Shown: positions 9,186 through 18,734 of the stretch, one piece after another
Layout: each line of letters starts with the position of its first letter
How positions within the stretch are numbered: the first letter of the stretch is position 1
Assembly (NCBI GenBank): GCA_963733395.1
Contig: CAVTCZ010000002.1
Coordinates: forward strand, 18,981 to 82,980
Origin: an uncultured Actinomycetota bacterium
GTDB taxonomy: Bacteria > Actinomycetota > Actinomycetes > S36-B12 > UBA10799
Reading direction: 5' to 3'
DNA: 64,000 bases
Made by a program: the position numbers and the translations under genes
The notes under the pieces: model-generated
Told to the model about the DNA's origin: nothing
Databases searched by the model: none
The model's input: the letters and a program-made list of their open reading frames with translations, nothing else

Positions 9186-10728
9186 TCACCGTGAGGGTGT
9201 GGCCACCCGGTGCCGCGCGGGCAGCCACAGCAGCGCCAGCACCGCACCGATCGCCGTGGCCCCGGCCGCCACCAGCGACCCGGCCTGGAAGCCGGACATG
9301 AAGGCGGACTGTGCGGCCTGCAGCAGGGCGGCGCCATTCGGGACCTGCTGCGACAGCACGACCGCTGCACCCATGGACTCCTCGGACAGCGCGACCACCT
9401 GCTCCGGGAATCCGGCCAGGCCATCGACCACCTGCGGACCATACAGACTGGCGAAGACCGACCCGACCAGGGCGACGCCGAGGGTTCCCCCCAGCTCCCG
9501 GGTGGTGTCGTTCACCGCCGAACCGACGCCGGCCTTCTCCGGCGGCAGTGCGCCCATGATCGCCTCGGTCGCCGGGCTCGTGGTCAGCCCGAGCCCCGCG
9601 GCCATGACGACCATGCTGGCCAGCACCGGCCCGAAGTACGCGCTGTCGGCGGTCAGGGTCGACGCCATCACGAAGCCCAATGTCATGAGCCCGAGCCCGC
9701 CGGCCACGACGGCCTTCGTCCCGACCCGGTGCATGAACACGATCGACAACGGTGAGAGGACGCCGGTCACCACCGCGAACGGCACTGTGCGCAGGCCCGC
9801 CTGCAACGGGCTGTAGCCCTGGACCAACTGCAGGTACTGGGTGATCAGGAAGATGAAGCCGAACAGCCCGAAGAAGGCCGACGCGATGGCCGCACTGGCC
9901 GCGGAGAAGCGCGGGTTGCCGAACAACGACACGTCCAGCAGCGGATAGCGGGTGCGCAGTTCCTGCACAACGAACGCGGCGAGCAGCAGCAGGCCAGCCG
10001 TGCCGGTCAGCACCACCTCCGGGGAGGTCCAGCCGCGGTGCGGGGCCTCGATCACGGCCCAGACGATGGCCGCGATCGCCAGCACTGAACAGCACCAGTC
10101 CGAGCCGGTCGAGCCGCCCGGGACGGGGGTCGCGGGAGTCGGGGATGAGCAGGCGTCCGGCGAGCAGTGCCAGCGCGGCGATCGGGATGTTGACCAGGAA
10201 GATCGAGCCCCACCAGAAGTGCTCGAGGAGCAGGCCGCCGGTCACCGGACCCGCAGCGACCGCCAGGCCGGTCACGCCCGACCAGATGCCGATGGCCATG
10301 GCCCGCTCCCGGACGTCGGTGAAGACGTTGATGATGATCGCCAGCGTGGCCGGGAAGATCAGGGCGGCACCGACCCCCATCAGCGCCCGGGCCCCGATGA
10401 GTTGCTCGGTGGTCTGCGAAAGGGCGGCCAGGCCGGAGGTGAGCGCGAAGAGCAGCAGACCGAGCTGCAGCGCGCGGCGCCGACCGGTGCGGTCACCGAA
10501 GTAGCCGAAGGCGAGCAGAAGCGCGGAGAACACCAGGGTGTAGGCGTCCACGATCCACTGCAGGTTCGCGGTGGTCGCAGACAACTCCTCGCTGAGGGTG
10601 GGCAGCGCGACGTTCACGATCGTGTTGTCCACGACGACCATGAACAGGCTCAGGCACAGCACGGCGAGGATCCCCCACTTGTGGGTGGTCCGCGGCGGCG
10701 CGGTGGGGGCGGTTGCGACAACGGTCAT
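9186..10728 (-). CDS. MFS drug-efflux transporter (DHA2/EmrB-QacA type, 14-TMS), one +1 frameshift near 10090
   Basis: The N-terminal half contains LFMVVVDNTIVNVALPTL, FGYFGDRTGRRR and LLLEHFWWGSIFLVNIP. The C-terminal half is in another frame (VLAIAAIVWAVIEAPHRGW ... LWLPAR). Confidence 0.85.
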
Positions 10729-10746
10729 GATCTCTCCTTATGGAAC

Positions 10747-10770
10747 AACGTTCTATATATGTAGAACGTT
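10747..10770. promoter_or_regulatory. Putative TetR operator in the divergent MFS/TetR promoter region
   Basis: Perfect inverted repeat AACGTTCTA-tatatg-TAGAACGTT lying between the MFS start (10728) and the TetR start (10782). Confidence 0.6.
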
Positions 10771-10781
10771 ATACTACAGAC

Positions 10782-11360
10782 ATGGGAAGAACGCCAAGTC
10801 GCGATGTGGAAGACGGGCTGCTGGCAGCGGCCGAGCAGATCCTCACGGACGAGGGGCCATCTGCGATCACGGTGCGCAAGGTCGCGGCGTGCGCAGGGGT
10901 GGCACCGATGGGGGTCTACAACCGTTTCGACGGCAAGCACGGCCTGCTGGAGGCGCTGTTCATCCGGGGCTTCGCCGAACTGCGCCGGACCGTGGCCACT
11001 GCGACCGGACCGGATGCCCGGGCCCGACTGCGCGACAGCGGGTGCAAGTACCGCGACTTCGCGATCGCGCACCCGGAGCACTACCGGTTGATGTTCGAGC
11101 GGATGCACGAGGTGGAGCCAGGAGAATCGGCGATGCTGGAGGCGTTCGCGTCGTTCGACCAGTTGGTGCAGATGGTCGCCGCCGCCCGGCAACTCGGACC
11201 CCTGGGTGAGGGGACGGACGTGGAGGTGGCCCAGCAGTTGTGGTCGGTCCTGCACGGGGCCGTGAGCTTGGAGTTGCTCGGGATCGGGTTCTCCGAGGAT
11301 CCGCAGGTGTCCTTCGAGCGGGTGCTCGACGCGACGTTGGCGGGGATGGCAGTCGGGTGA
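10782..11360 (+). CDS. TetR/AcrR-family transcriptional regulator
   Basis: N-terminal HTH ..LLAAAEQILTDEGPSAITVRKVAACAGVAPMGVYNRFDGKHGLL.. The gene is divergent from the MFS transporter. Confidence 0.88.
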   Translation: MGRTPSRDVEDGLLAAAEQILTDEGPSAITVRKVAACAGVAPMGVYNRFDGKHGLLEALFIRGFAELRRTVATATGPDARARLRDSGCKYRDFAIAHPEHYRLMFERMHEVEPGESAMLEAFASFDQLVQMVAAARQLGPLGEGTDVEVAQQLWSVLHGAVSLELLGIGFSEDPQVSFERVLDATLAGMAVG

Positions 11361-11496
11361 ATCGTGAGTCGCCCACCGACCCCTCGTCGCCGGTGTGCCC
11401 GTGTCCTGGGGGGTGACGATGTCCTGGTGCCCCTGTGCGGCTGGGGCTTCGGATCGAGGCTGCTGTCGCCGCCACTGCCCCGTGTAGTCTCGCGAC

Positions 11497-12483
11497 GTGA
11501 GCCCCCTGCAGGCTGCGGAACTCCCGCGCCGCATCTTGGTGACCGGCGGTGCCGGTTTCATCGGCTCGCACCTGTGCGAAAGGCTGCTCCAGCAGGGCCA
11601 CGAGGTGCTGTGCGTCGACAACTTCTACTCGTCGTCGCGGGTCAACGTCGAGCACCTGATCACCAACCCGCGCTTCGAGTTGATGCGCCACGACGTCACG
11701 TTCCCGCTGTACGTCGAGGTGGATGAGATCTACCACCTGGCCTGCCCGGCCTCGCCCGATCCACTACCAGCGCGACCCGGTTCAGACGACGAAGACCAGC
11801 GTGCACGGATCGATCAACGTGTTGGGCCTGGCCAAGCGCACGAAGGCCCGCATCCTGCTCGCCTCCACCTCCGAGGTCTACGGCGACCCGACGATCCACC
11901 CGCAGAGCGAGGACTACTGGGGAAACGTGAACCCGATCGGGCCGCGTTCCTGTTATGACGAGGGCAAGCGGTGCGCCGAGACGCTGTTCATGGACTACCG
12001 CCGCCAGCACGGCATGGATACCAAGATCGTGCGGATCTTCAACACCTATGGCCCGCGGATGGCCCCCGACGACGGCCGCGTGGTCAGCAACTTCATCATG
12101 CAGGCGTTGGCCGGCGAGCCCATGACCATCTACGGCTCCGGCGAGCAGACCCGGTCGTTCTGCTACGTCGACGACCTGGTGGACGGACTGCTGGCGATGA
12201 TGAACACGCCGCCGGAGGTGGCGGGACCAGTCAATCTCGGGAATCCCGAGGAAGTGACCATGCGGGAGTTGGCGGACAGGGTGGCAGCAATCGTCGGCGT
12301 TCACCGCGAACCTCGACCGGCGACCCCTTCCCGAGGACGACCCGATGCAGAGGTGCCCGGACACGTCCCTGGCCAGGCGGATTGCTGGGGTGGTCGGCCA
12401 GCACTCCGCTGGACAAAGGGCTCGAACAGACGGTGAACTGGTTCAAGAAGCAGTACTCGACCGATCTGGCAGGTGCCCCGTGA
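11497..12483 (+). pseudogene. UDP-glucuronate decarboxylase (UDP-xylose synthase), three +1 frameshifts as assembled (~11757, ~12298, ~12378)
   Basis: Contains [28 protein letters not shown]|[47 protein letters not shown] and [10 protein letters not shown]. The tail ..[18 protein letters not shown]|[25 protein letters not shown] is spread over frames 1, 2, 0 and 1. Confidence 0.85.
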
Positions 12484-13893
12484 GCGAGCGACTCGGGACT
12501 CGCCGTCCCCGGGTTTCCACTCGCAACGAGTTCTTGCGGGACTACCAGTTGCGGGTGCGCGCGCTGGACGTTGCCGTGATCCTCGGCGCGATCGTGGTCG
12601 GGCTCCTGCTGGGTTGGGGCTACGGCGGCGAGTTCTTCGCCGACGACCGACCGCGGCAACTGTTCACGGTCGCCCTGCTCGTCATCTGGCCGATCGCGCT
12701 CTGGCAGGCCCAGTCGACGAAGGCGACGATCATCGCCAACGGTCTCGGGCGAGTACCGCCGGGTGATCCTGGCGACCATGTGGACCGCGCTGCTGGTGAT
12801 GAGCCTGGCGTACCTGACGAACACCACCTACGGCCGCTGGTTCCTGTTCGGCGTGTTGCTGTCCGGTCTGCTGATGCTGCTGGTCGAGCGCAACCTGATG
12901 CGACGCTGGCTGCATCGGCGGATGGCCGAGAGGCCAGCCTTTGCACCGCGTGTTTCTCATCGCGCCGTCTGCACGACTCGCCAAGTTGCAGGACGACCTC
13001 GCGGGTTCGCAGGGTCGCTTCGTGACGGTGGGAGTCCTGGCACTGGAGCAGGACTGGGACCCCCGGGCCGCCGTCGATGCGGCCGTGGCGCAGCAACGCC
13101 GACACCATCCTCTTCGCCCCGGGCGGCGACATGGACCCGCAGCAGACCAGGCGGCTCGGCTGGGCGATGGAGGACACCGACCTGTCGCTGATGGTCAGTG
13201 CCTCGCTGGTCGAGGTGGCCGGCCCGCGGCTGTCCGTCGAGCCGGTGGAGTCGTTGTCGTTCGTGCGCGTGGACATGCCGAACTTCAGTGGCACGGCGGT
13301 TGTGCTGAAGGCCATCACCGACGTGGTGGGTTCGAGCATCCTGCTCATCCTTCTCGGACTGCCGATGCTGCTGATCGCGTTCTTGATCCGGCGCGGTTCC
13401 CCAGGGCCGGCGATCTTCAAGCAGGAGCGGGTCGGGCCTCGATGGTCGGACGTTCATGTGCTGGAAGTTCCGCACCATGTACGTGGATGCCGATGCCCGG
13501 CGGGCGGAGTTGCGTGCGGCTCACGGCGACGACGGGGCCACGTTCAAGATGGCCGACGACCCGCGCGTGACCCGGATCGGCCGGTTCCTGCGCCGGTTCT
13601 CGATGGACGAGTTGCCGCAGTTGGTCAACGTCTGGCGCGGGGACATGTCGTTGGTGGGCCCGCGGCCGCATCCATTGGACGACGTTGAACGGTATGACGA
13701 CCTGGCGGTGCGGCGGCTGCGGGCACGGCCGGGGATGACGGGGCTGTGGCAGGTGCGCGGGCGGTCCGACCTGTCGTGGGAGGAGTCGGTGCGACTGGAT
13801 CTGTACTACGTGGAGAACTGGTCGCTGTCGATGGACTTCGTGATCATGGCGAGCACGGTGAGTGCGGTTGTTGGTGGGCGGGGGGCGTATTGA
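12480..13893 (+). pseudogene. Polyprenyl-phosphate glycosyl-1-phosphate transferase (WbaP/CpsE-type priming enzyme), four +1 frameshifts (~12747, ~12940, ~13095, ~13435)
   Basis: The C-terminal catalytic block IFKQERVG|LDGRTFMCWKFRTMYVDAD..DDPRVTRIGRFLRRFSMDELPQLVNVWRGDMSLVGPRP..PGMTGLWQV is present. N-terminal TM segments lie in frames 0, 1, 2 and 0. The GTG start overlaps the upstream stop. Confidence 0.85.
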
Positions 13894-13931
13894 ATGCGGG
13901 TTCTGCCCGCTGGGTCCCGAGCGCCACGTGA

Positions 13932-14630
13932 ATGGGGGGTTTCGTGAACGTGTTTGAGCGAGCCCAGTCCCGACTTGCGAGGATGGCACTGAGAACTCTG
14001 CTGGCACCCCGTAGGCCTGCTACATATGTGCGCCTGGGAAGCGATTACGGCGGCTGGTGGGTCCCCCGCTGGGCGTTGCTGCCGGGGAATCTCGCGTACT
14101 GCGCAGGGGTGGGTGAGGACCTCACCTTCGATGCCGAACTGATCGCGCATGGAATGAATGTCGTGGCCTTCGATCCGACACCCCGTTCAGTGAGTTTCGT
14201 CAAGGACGCGGACTTGGGGCCTGCCTTCGATTTCGAACCCGTGGGTTGGTGGGACAGCACCGGCACCCAGCGTTTCTACGCTCCTGAAGACCCCACGCAC
14301 GTCTCACACTCTGCGGTCAACCTGCAGAAGACAACGGAGTACTTCGTGGGCCGGGTCGAGACGGTCGCTTCGATCGTGAAGCGACGGGGGGACGGAATTC
14401 CCGACGTTGCAAAAATGGACATCGAGGGTGCGGAATTCCACGTTCTGCGATCCATGGTCGCTGACCGGATTCTCCCCCCCGTGCTCTGCGTCGAGTTTGA
14501 CCAACCTGCACCGCTTCGGTCGGTTCGGCTCGCCATTCGCGCGCTGCAGGCACTCGGCTATCGGGTCGAATCCGTGGAGGGATGGAATGTGACGCTCGTG
14601 AAGGGCGGCGATTCTCAGAGCTCGTCGTAG
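13932..14630 (+). CDS. FkbM-family methyltransferase
   Basis: ..NVVAFDPTP.. and the hallmark ..VAKMDIEGAEFHVLRSM.. Intact 232-aa ORF; start choice uncertain. Confidence 0.75.
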   Translation: MGGFVNVFERAQSRLARMALRTLLAPRRPATYVRLGSDYGGWWVPRWALLPGNLAYCAGVGEDLTFDAELIAHGMNVVAFDPTPRSVSFVKDADLGPAFDFEPVGWWDSTGTQRFYAPEDPTHVSHSAVNLQKTTEYFVGRVETVASIVKRRGDGIPDVAKMDIEGAEFHVLRSMVADRILPPVLCVEFDQPAPLRSVRLAIRALQALGYRVESVEGWNVTLVKGGDSQSSS

Positions 14631-15730
14631 ATGGACAGCATCCGCTCAACCCATGTCTGCTCGCGATAGCGCGCCTGGTACGCGCCGTGCGCGAGATCGC
14701 GGCCGCGTTGCCCGGATTGCGCCACTCTTGTCATCGCCGCCTGCAACGAGTCTGCGTCTTCGTACGTCCACTCAGGGGAAACCTCCGCGACGAGGTCTGC
14801 TCCTGCGCTACCTGCTCGGGCCAGTACCGGCAGTCCGCAACTGAATGCCTCGAGGATGACGAGAGGGCAATTCTCCCGATTCATGCTGGGGAAGACGAGG
14901 CCCGTGTAGCTGCTGAGGTGCGAAGCCACCCACTCCCGCGATTGACTGCCGAGCAGTGTGACGTCGGGATGGCTGAAGGCCTCCAGCTCACCGCGCACGG
15001 GGCCGTCCCCGGCGATATCCAAACCAATGCCGTGCGGCCACTGGCGGAGTAGGTGAGCGAAACCCTTTGCTTCGTCGAGGCGTCCGAGCGCGATCCAGCG
15101 CTGATGCTGCGGCTGAGGCCTGCATTCTCCCAGCGATGGCACACCATGCGGAACAACACGGAGTCGCGCTGGGTCGAGTCCGTACCCTTCGAACGTGTCG
15201 GCGGAACGGCGGCTCAACGCGACGACTCTGTCAGCCCGAGCCAGGAGCGGAGTCTTCACACCGGCGAGGTTCTTCACCGCAAGGGGCAGGGTCGCCAGCG
15301 CCGAATCCCGGTAGCACCGGTACCGTAGCGCCGCCAGCGGGTTTCCATCCGGACACAGGGTGCAATCGTTCCCATCGCGCCATAACAGGGCATTGGCGCA
15401 AAAGTGGCGAAAGTTGTGCAGCGTGGCCACGAGAGGGCCGTCCCATCGGGTGACCCAGTGTTCTCCGAAGTTCGGGAACAGGTTGTGGACGTGCACCACA
15501 TCAGGGCCGAATGCTCGCAGTTCGTCCATGGGATTCGGACCCCGACCGGTTGCGACCGTGATTGCCGACACAATTGGACTGAAGGGTCCTGAATGGTCGT
15601 CTGTGCGTCGAGCCACGATGCGCACCCCATGCCCCGCGCGCTGCAACGCTTCGGCTTGTGCCAGAACGATCTCGTTCTCGCCGCTCGGGCGCTCAGATCG
15701 GTAGAAGGAGTGGACGAAGGCTATCCGCAT
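14615..15730 (-). CDS. Glycosyltransferase family 4
   Basis: Intact 371 aa. MRIAFVHSFYRSERPSGENEIV.., VHVHNLFPNF and a GT-B C-terminal half with ..FPSMNRENCPLVILEAFSCGLPVL.. Confidence 0.85.
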   Translation of the reverse strand: MRIAFVHSFYRSERPSGENEIVLAQAEALQRAGHGVRIVARRTDDHSGPFSPIVSAITVATGRGPNPMDELRAFGPDVVHVHNLFPNFGEHWVTRWDGPLVATLHNFRHFCANALLWRDGNDCTLCPDGNPLAALRYRCYRDSALATLPLAVKNLAGVKTPLLARADRVVALSRRSADTFEGYGLDPARLRVVPHGVPSLGECRPQPQHQRWIALGRLDEAKGFAHLLRQWPHGIGLDIAGDGPVRGELEAFSHPDVTLLGSQSREWVASHLSSYTGLVFPSMNRENCPLVILEAFSCGLPVLARAGSAGADLVAEVSPEWTYEDADSLQAAMTRVAQSGQRGRDLAHGAYQARYREQTWVERMLSIYDEL

Positions 15731-15755
15731 GTGCCTCAGCCGACCCTCGGACTGA

Positions 15756-16571
15756 TCATGTCAGTGCGTCCAGTCGTGCGACGTGCACCAAACGCCCGGC
15801 GGCCCAATGACCCGCGGGTTGCTCCTGAATGGCTGCGAAGGCTGAGCCGGTGCGAGTTGCCAGGTCGGCCGTGACGGTATTCCAGGCCCCGTTCTGCACG
15901 ACCACGATCGGGAAGTCGGCGCTGGCCAAGGCCGAGGTGACCTCACGCTCGGTCTCGACCGGGTCGGGCACGGAGTCCGAGAGCAGGAACCCGACCTTCC
16001 TGCCGTGGAGCACGCTTCCCAGCACCTCGCTGCCTTTGCCGCACTCGAACTGCAGGTGCGGGGTGTGCCGTCCTACCAGTCGTCCCGCAAAGGGATCGAC
16101 ATCGATGCTCAGCAGCTCACCCGGTGCATTCTCTCCACGGTTCCTCTGCAGAGCTCGGAGTATCACCAGTGACCCGAGGCCGTGCCGTACACCGATCTCC
16201 ACTGCCAGGGCCGGCCTGCGGGAGCGGAGGCAGGCGTAGGTGATGGCGTGGCGGCCCAGCGGTGGCCGACGCTTGGATTCCGGGTGCCATCGGCTGGCCG
16301 TCCGGATCGTGGCAGCGAGACCAGTGTCGCTGCGCAGTTCCTCCAGATACTCACGGATCGTGTCCGCAGACTCTCCCAGCACGGGGCTCAACTGGCCCGC
16401 CACCCGGTCAGGGCCGGCGAGTTCATAACTGAAAGTGTCCAACTCCGGATCCCACAGCACATAGCGGATGCGTTGGCGAGGAGTCGCTGATGTGCTGGAG
16501 ATGATCTGAGACTTGCGCCACCAGCGGAGGCGATTGAGCGGGCGAAGGCCTGCCTTGAGGGACGGTTTCAC
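15756..16571 (-). CDS. Class I SAM-dependent methyltransferase (putative sugar O-methyltransferase)
   Basis: Motif I-like ..PALAVEIGVRHGLGSLVIL.. followed by ..LLSIDVDP.. The start is uncertain: GTG at 16571 was chosen, but the ORF stays open to 16721, where it would overlap the divergent gene. Confidence 0.6.
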   Translation of the reverse strand: MKPSLKAGLRPLNRLRWWRKSQIISSTSATPRQRIRYVLWDPELDTFSYELAGPDRVAGQLSPVLGESADTIREYLEELRSDTGLAATIRTASRWHPESKRRPPLGRHAITYACLRSRRPALAVEIGVRHGLGSLVILRALQRNRGENAPGELLSIDVDPFAGRLVGRHTPHLQFECGKGSEVLGSVLHGRKVGFLLSDSVPDPVETEREVTSALASADFPIVVVQNGAWNTVTADLATRTGSAFAAIQEQPAGHWAAGRLVHVARLDALT

Positions 16572-16685
16572 GGCCCCCCAACGACGCTCGGGGGCCGGTC
16601 GATGCACACCACATAGAGTAGCAACGTGCGACCGAGCGTCCGGCCGTCTTGGGAACAGGCCAAGCGTGCTGTTCGCGGCGCAATC

Positions 16686-17552
16686 ATGGAGAGGGAGTGG
16701 GCGATCTGCCTGCTCGACCAATCCCTCGACGAGTTACTCGAGGGCCAGACCCTGGCCGGCAAGACCTTCAAGCCCACAGACCAGCGCACTTACTGGGCCG
16801 ACCCTTTCGTCGTCGCTGAGCGGTCTGACACCTGGATCTTCGTCGAGGAATTCAGGCGCAGAAGAGGGCTCGGTGACATTGTGGCCCTGAAGGTCACGAA
16901 CGGCGCTGTCACGTCGCATGGCACCGTTCTCACCGGGGACCATCACATCTCCTTCCCCCAAGTCCACCGTTTCCGCTCTGGCTGGATCGCCACGGTTGAG
17001 ACATGTGATCCCGACGTACGCGTTCACCAATTCGATGAACCTGGTCAGCGATGGCGGGCCACGGAATGGCGCTTGCCCGCCGACCTCATTGACCCCCAAC
17101 TGACGCGCATGAAGGACGGCCGGTGGCGCTTAACAGCGACATCGCGATTGCACTCGGGCTACGGGCCGGTGACGACATGGATCTCGGCGGGGCAGGAACC
17201 GGTGCACTGGACCGTGATCGACGTCCGCGACCACGGGCTGATGGCTCGCGGCGGCGGCACCAGCGACGCCGAGCGCGGGCTGCGGGCCGTCCAGGACTGC
17301 ACGGAGAACTACGGCCAGGCGCTGTCCCTGCGCAACTGGCCCTCAGGGACTGCGGTGCGCGATCTGCGGGGACCTGAAGTCATCACGCGGCCAGAGGCGG
17401 GCTGGCTCGGCCTCCATACCTGCTCTTGGACCACGACCGGCTCAACGGTGGTCGTGGACCTTTGGCGGCGTCGCTTCCAGCCACTGTCCCCGCTGGATCG
17501 GTTCAGGGAGTTCCGCCGGGATCCTTGTCGCAGGGTTGGCGGCGTGGAGTGA
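16686..17552 (+). CDS. Hypothetical protein conserved in polysaccharide loci (function unknown)
   Basis: Intact ORF with a coding-like composition: MEREWAICLL..YWADPFVV..WIFVEEF..ISFPQVHRF.. I recognise no catalytic motif with confidence. Confidence 0.55.
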   Translation: MEREWAICLLDQSLDELLEGQTLAGKTFKPTDQRTYWADPFVVAERSDTWIFVEEFRRRRGLGDIVALKVTNGAVTSHGTVLTGDHHISFPQVHRFRSGWIATVETCDPDVRVHQFDEPGQRWRATEWRLPADLIDPQLTRMKDGRWRLTATSRLHSGYGPVTTWISAGQEPVHWTVIDVRDHGLMARGGGTSDAERGLRAVQDCTENYGQALSLRNWPSGTAVRDLRGPEVITRPEAGWLGLHTCSWTTTGSTVVVDLWRRRFQPLSPLDRFREFRRDPCRRVGGVE

Positions 17553-17569
17553 GACCTCGTCGACTAGCT

Positions 17570-18667
17570 ATGGTGTGGCCCTACTTGGCGGCGTATAGAT
17601 TCGCGTTCTGCGATGCCGCTCACGCCCGACTCGCCGAGGAGCGCATCGAATTCGAGTTGTGGACCGGCAAGCCGTCGGCCGCGCAGACTCAGCGCCAGGA
17701 TCGGGTCGCGGCGTCGTGGCACCGGGTCTTGCCCGAACGCCGCCTACATGTCAGCGGCAAGGAACTGCTTTTCCGTCAGCTCCCCTCCTCTGTAGATCTT
17801 CTGGTGGTCGAGCAGGCCGTGAAGAACCTGGAGAGCTATCCGGCGTTGCTGCGACAGCACTTGAGTGGCCCCAGCGTTGCCATGTGGGGTCACGGTCGCA
17901 CGTTCTCCACACCACAAGGCAAGTCACTCGGCGTGCTCAAGCAGTTCGTGACGCGGCGCGCACAATGGGCATTCATTTATACCGACGAAGGTGCCGACTA
18001 CGTGGTCGAGCACGGGTTTCCGCGCGATCGGGTGACCGTCTTGCACAACACCATCGACACGGAGACGCTCACCGAGGACTTGGCCTCGGTGACCGAGGAT
18101 GAGGTGGCAGACTTCCACAAGACCCACGGCACGCCGCCGGGTCGCACCGCACTCTTCTTGGGGGCCCTGGACCCAGCCAAGGGGACAGATTTCCTCCTGC
18201 GGTGTGTCGAGACGACACCCGGACTGACCATCGCTTTCGGGGGGGCGGGCCCGGCCGAGCCGACACTGCGCCGGGCGCAGGAGGCAGGGGCTTCCATCCG
18301 GGTTGTCGGTCGCCTCGACGGCCATGAGAAGGCTGTGGCGCTTCGCGCCGCGACAGTGCTCGCTATTCCGCAAGCCATCGGGCTTGTCGCCGTGGACTCG
18401 ATGGCGGCAGGCTTGCCGATCGTCACCACAGATGTTCCGCTGCAAGGGCCGGAAGCCGGCTACTTGAAGGATGGGGTCAACAGCCTCTGGGTGCACCGTG
18501 ACGCGGATGCGGCCCATTACGGCGCATCGCTGATGCAACTGCTGGGTGACCCAGCGCTGCTAGGACGATTGCGACAGCGCTGTCTGGCGGATGCCGCCGG
18601 GTACAGCCTCCCCGAAATGGTGGACCGTTTCGTTGGTGGTGTGCTCACCTGGAGCGGCCGCGCGTAA
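17570..18667 (+). CDS. Glycosyltransferase family 4
   Basis: GT-B C-terminal signature ..LFLGALDPAKGTDFLL.., ..AIGLVAVDSMAAGLPIVTTD.. ATG at 17570, in frame with ORF 17426..18667. Confidence 0.8.
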   Translation: MVWPYLAAYRFAFCDAAHARLAEERIEFELWTGKPSAAQTQRQDRVAASWHRVLPERRLHVSGKELLFRQLPSSVDLLVVEQAVKNLESYPALLRQHLSGPSVAMWGHGRTFSTPQGKSLGVLKQFVTRRAQWAFIYTDEGADYVVEHGFPRDRVTVLHNTIDTETLTEDLASVTEDEVADFHKTHGTPPGRTALFLGALDPAKGTDFLLRCVETTPGLTIAFGGAGPAEPTLRRAQEAGASIRVVGRLDGHEKAVALRAATVLAIPQAIGLVAVDSMAAGLPIVTTDVPLQGPEAGYLKDGVNSLWVHRDADAAHYGASLMQLLGDPALLGRLRQRCLADAAGYSLPEMVDRFVGGVLTWSGRA

Positions 18668-18734
18668 CCTGGCTTGTGAGCGCCGACTGCGCGTTGCATC
18701 GTAGGCTCAGACTGCGTGGGTAAGGTAGGTCGTC

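Noticed and set aside
12473-12766. ORF 12473-12766 as the start of the priming transferase
   Set aside because: Its translation is Arg/Gly/Pro-rich. The frame-0 reading from the GTG at 12480 gives TM-like segments that continue into the conserved transferase.
11497-13893. Programmed ribosomal frameshifting to explain the serial +1 shifts
   Set aside because: The same signature occurs at about 30 unrelated sites across 20 genes, with no common slippery motif or downstream structure. No known system uses 3-6 shifts per gene.
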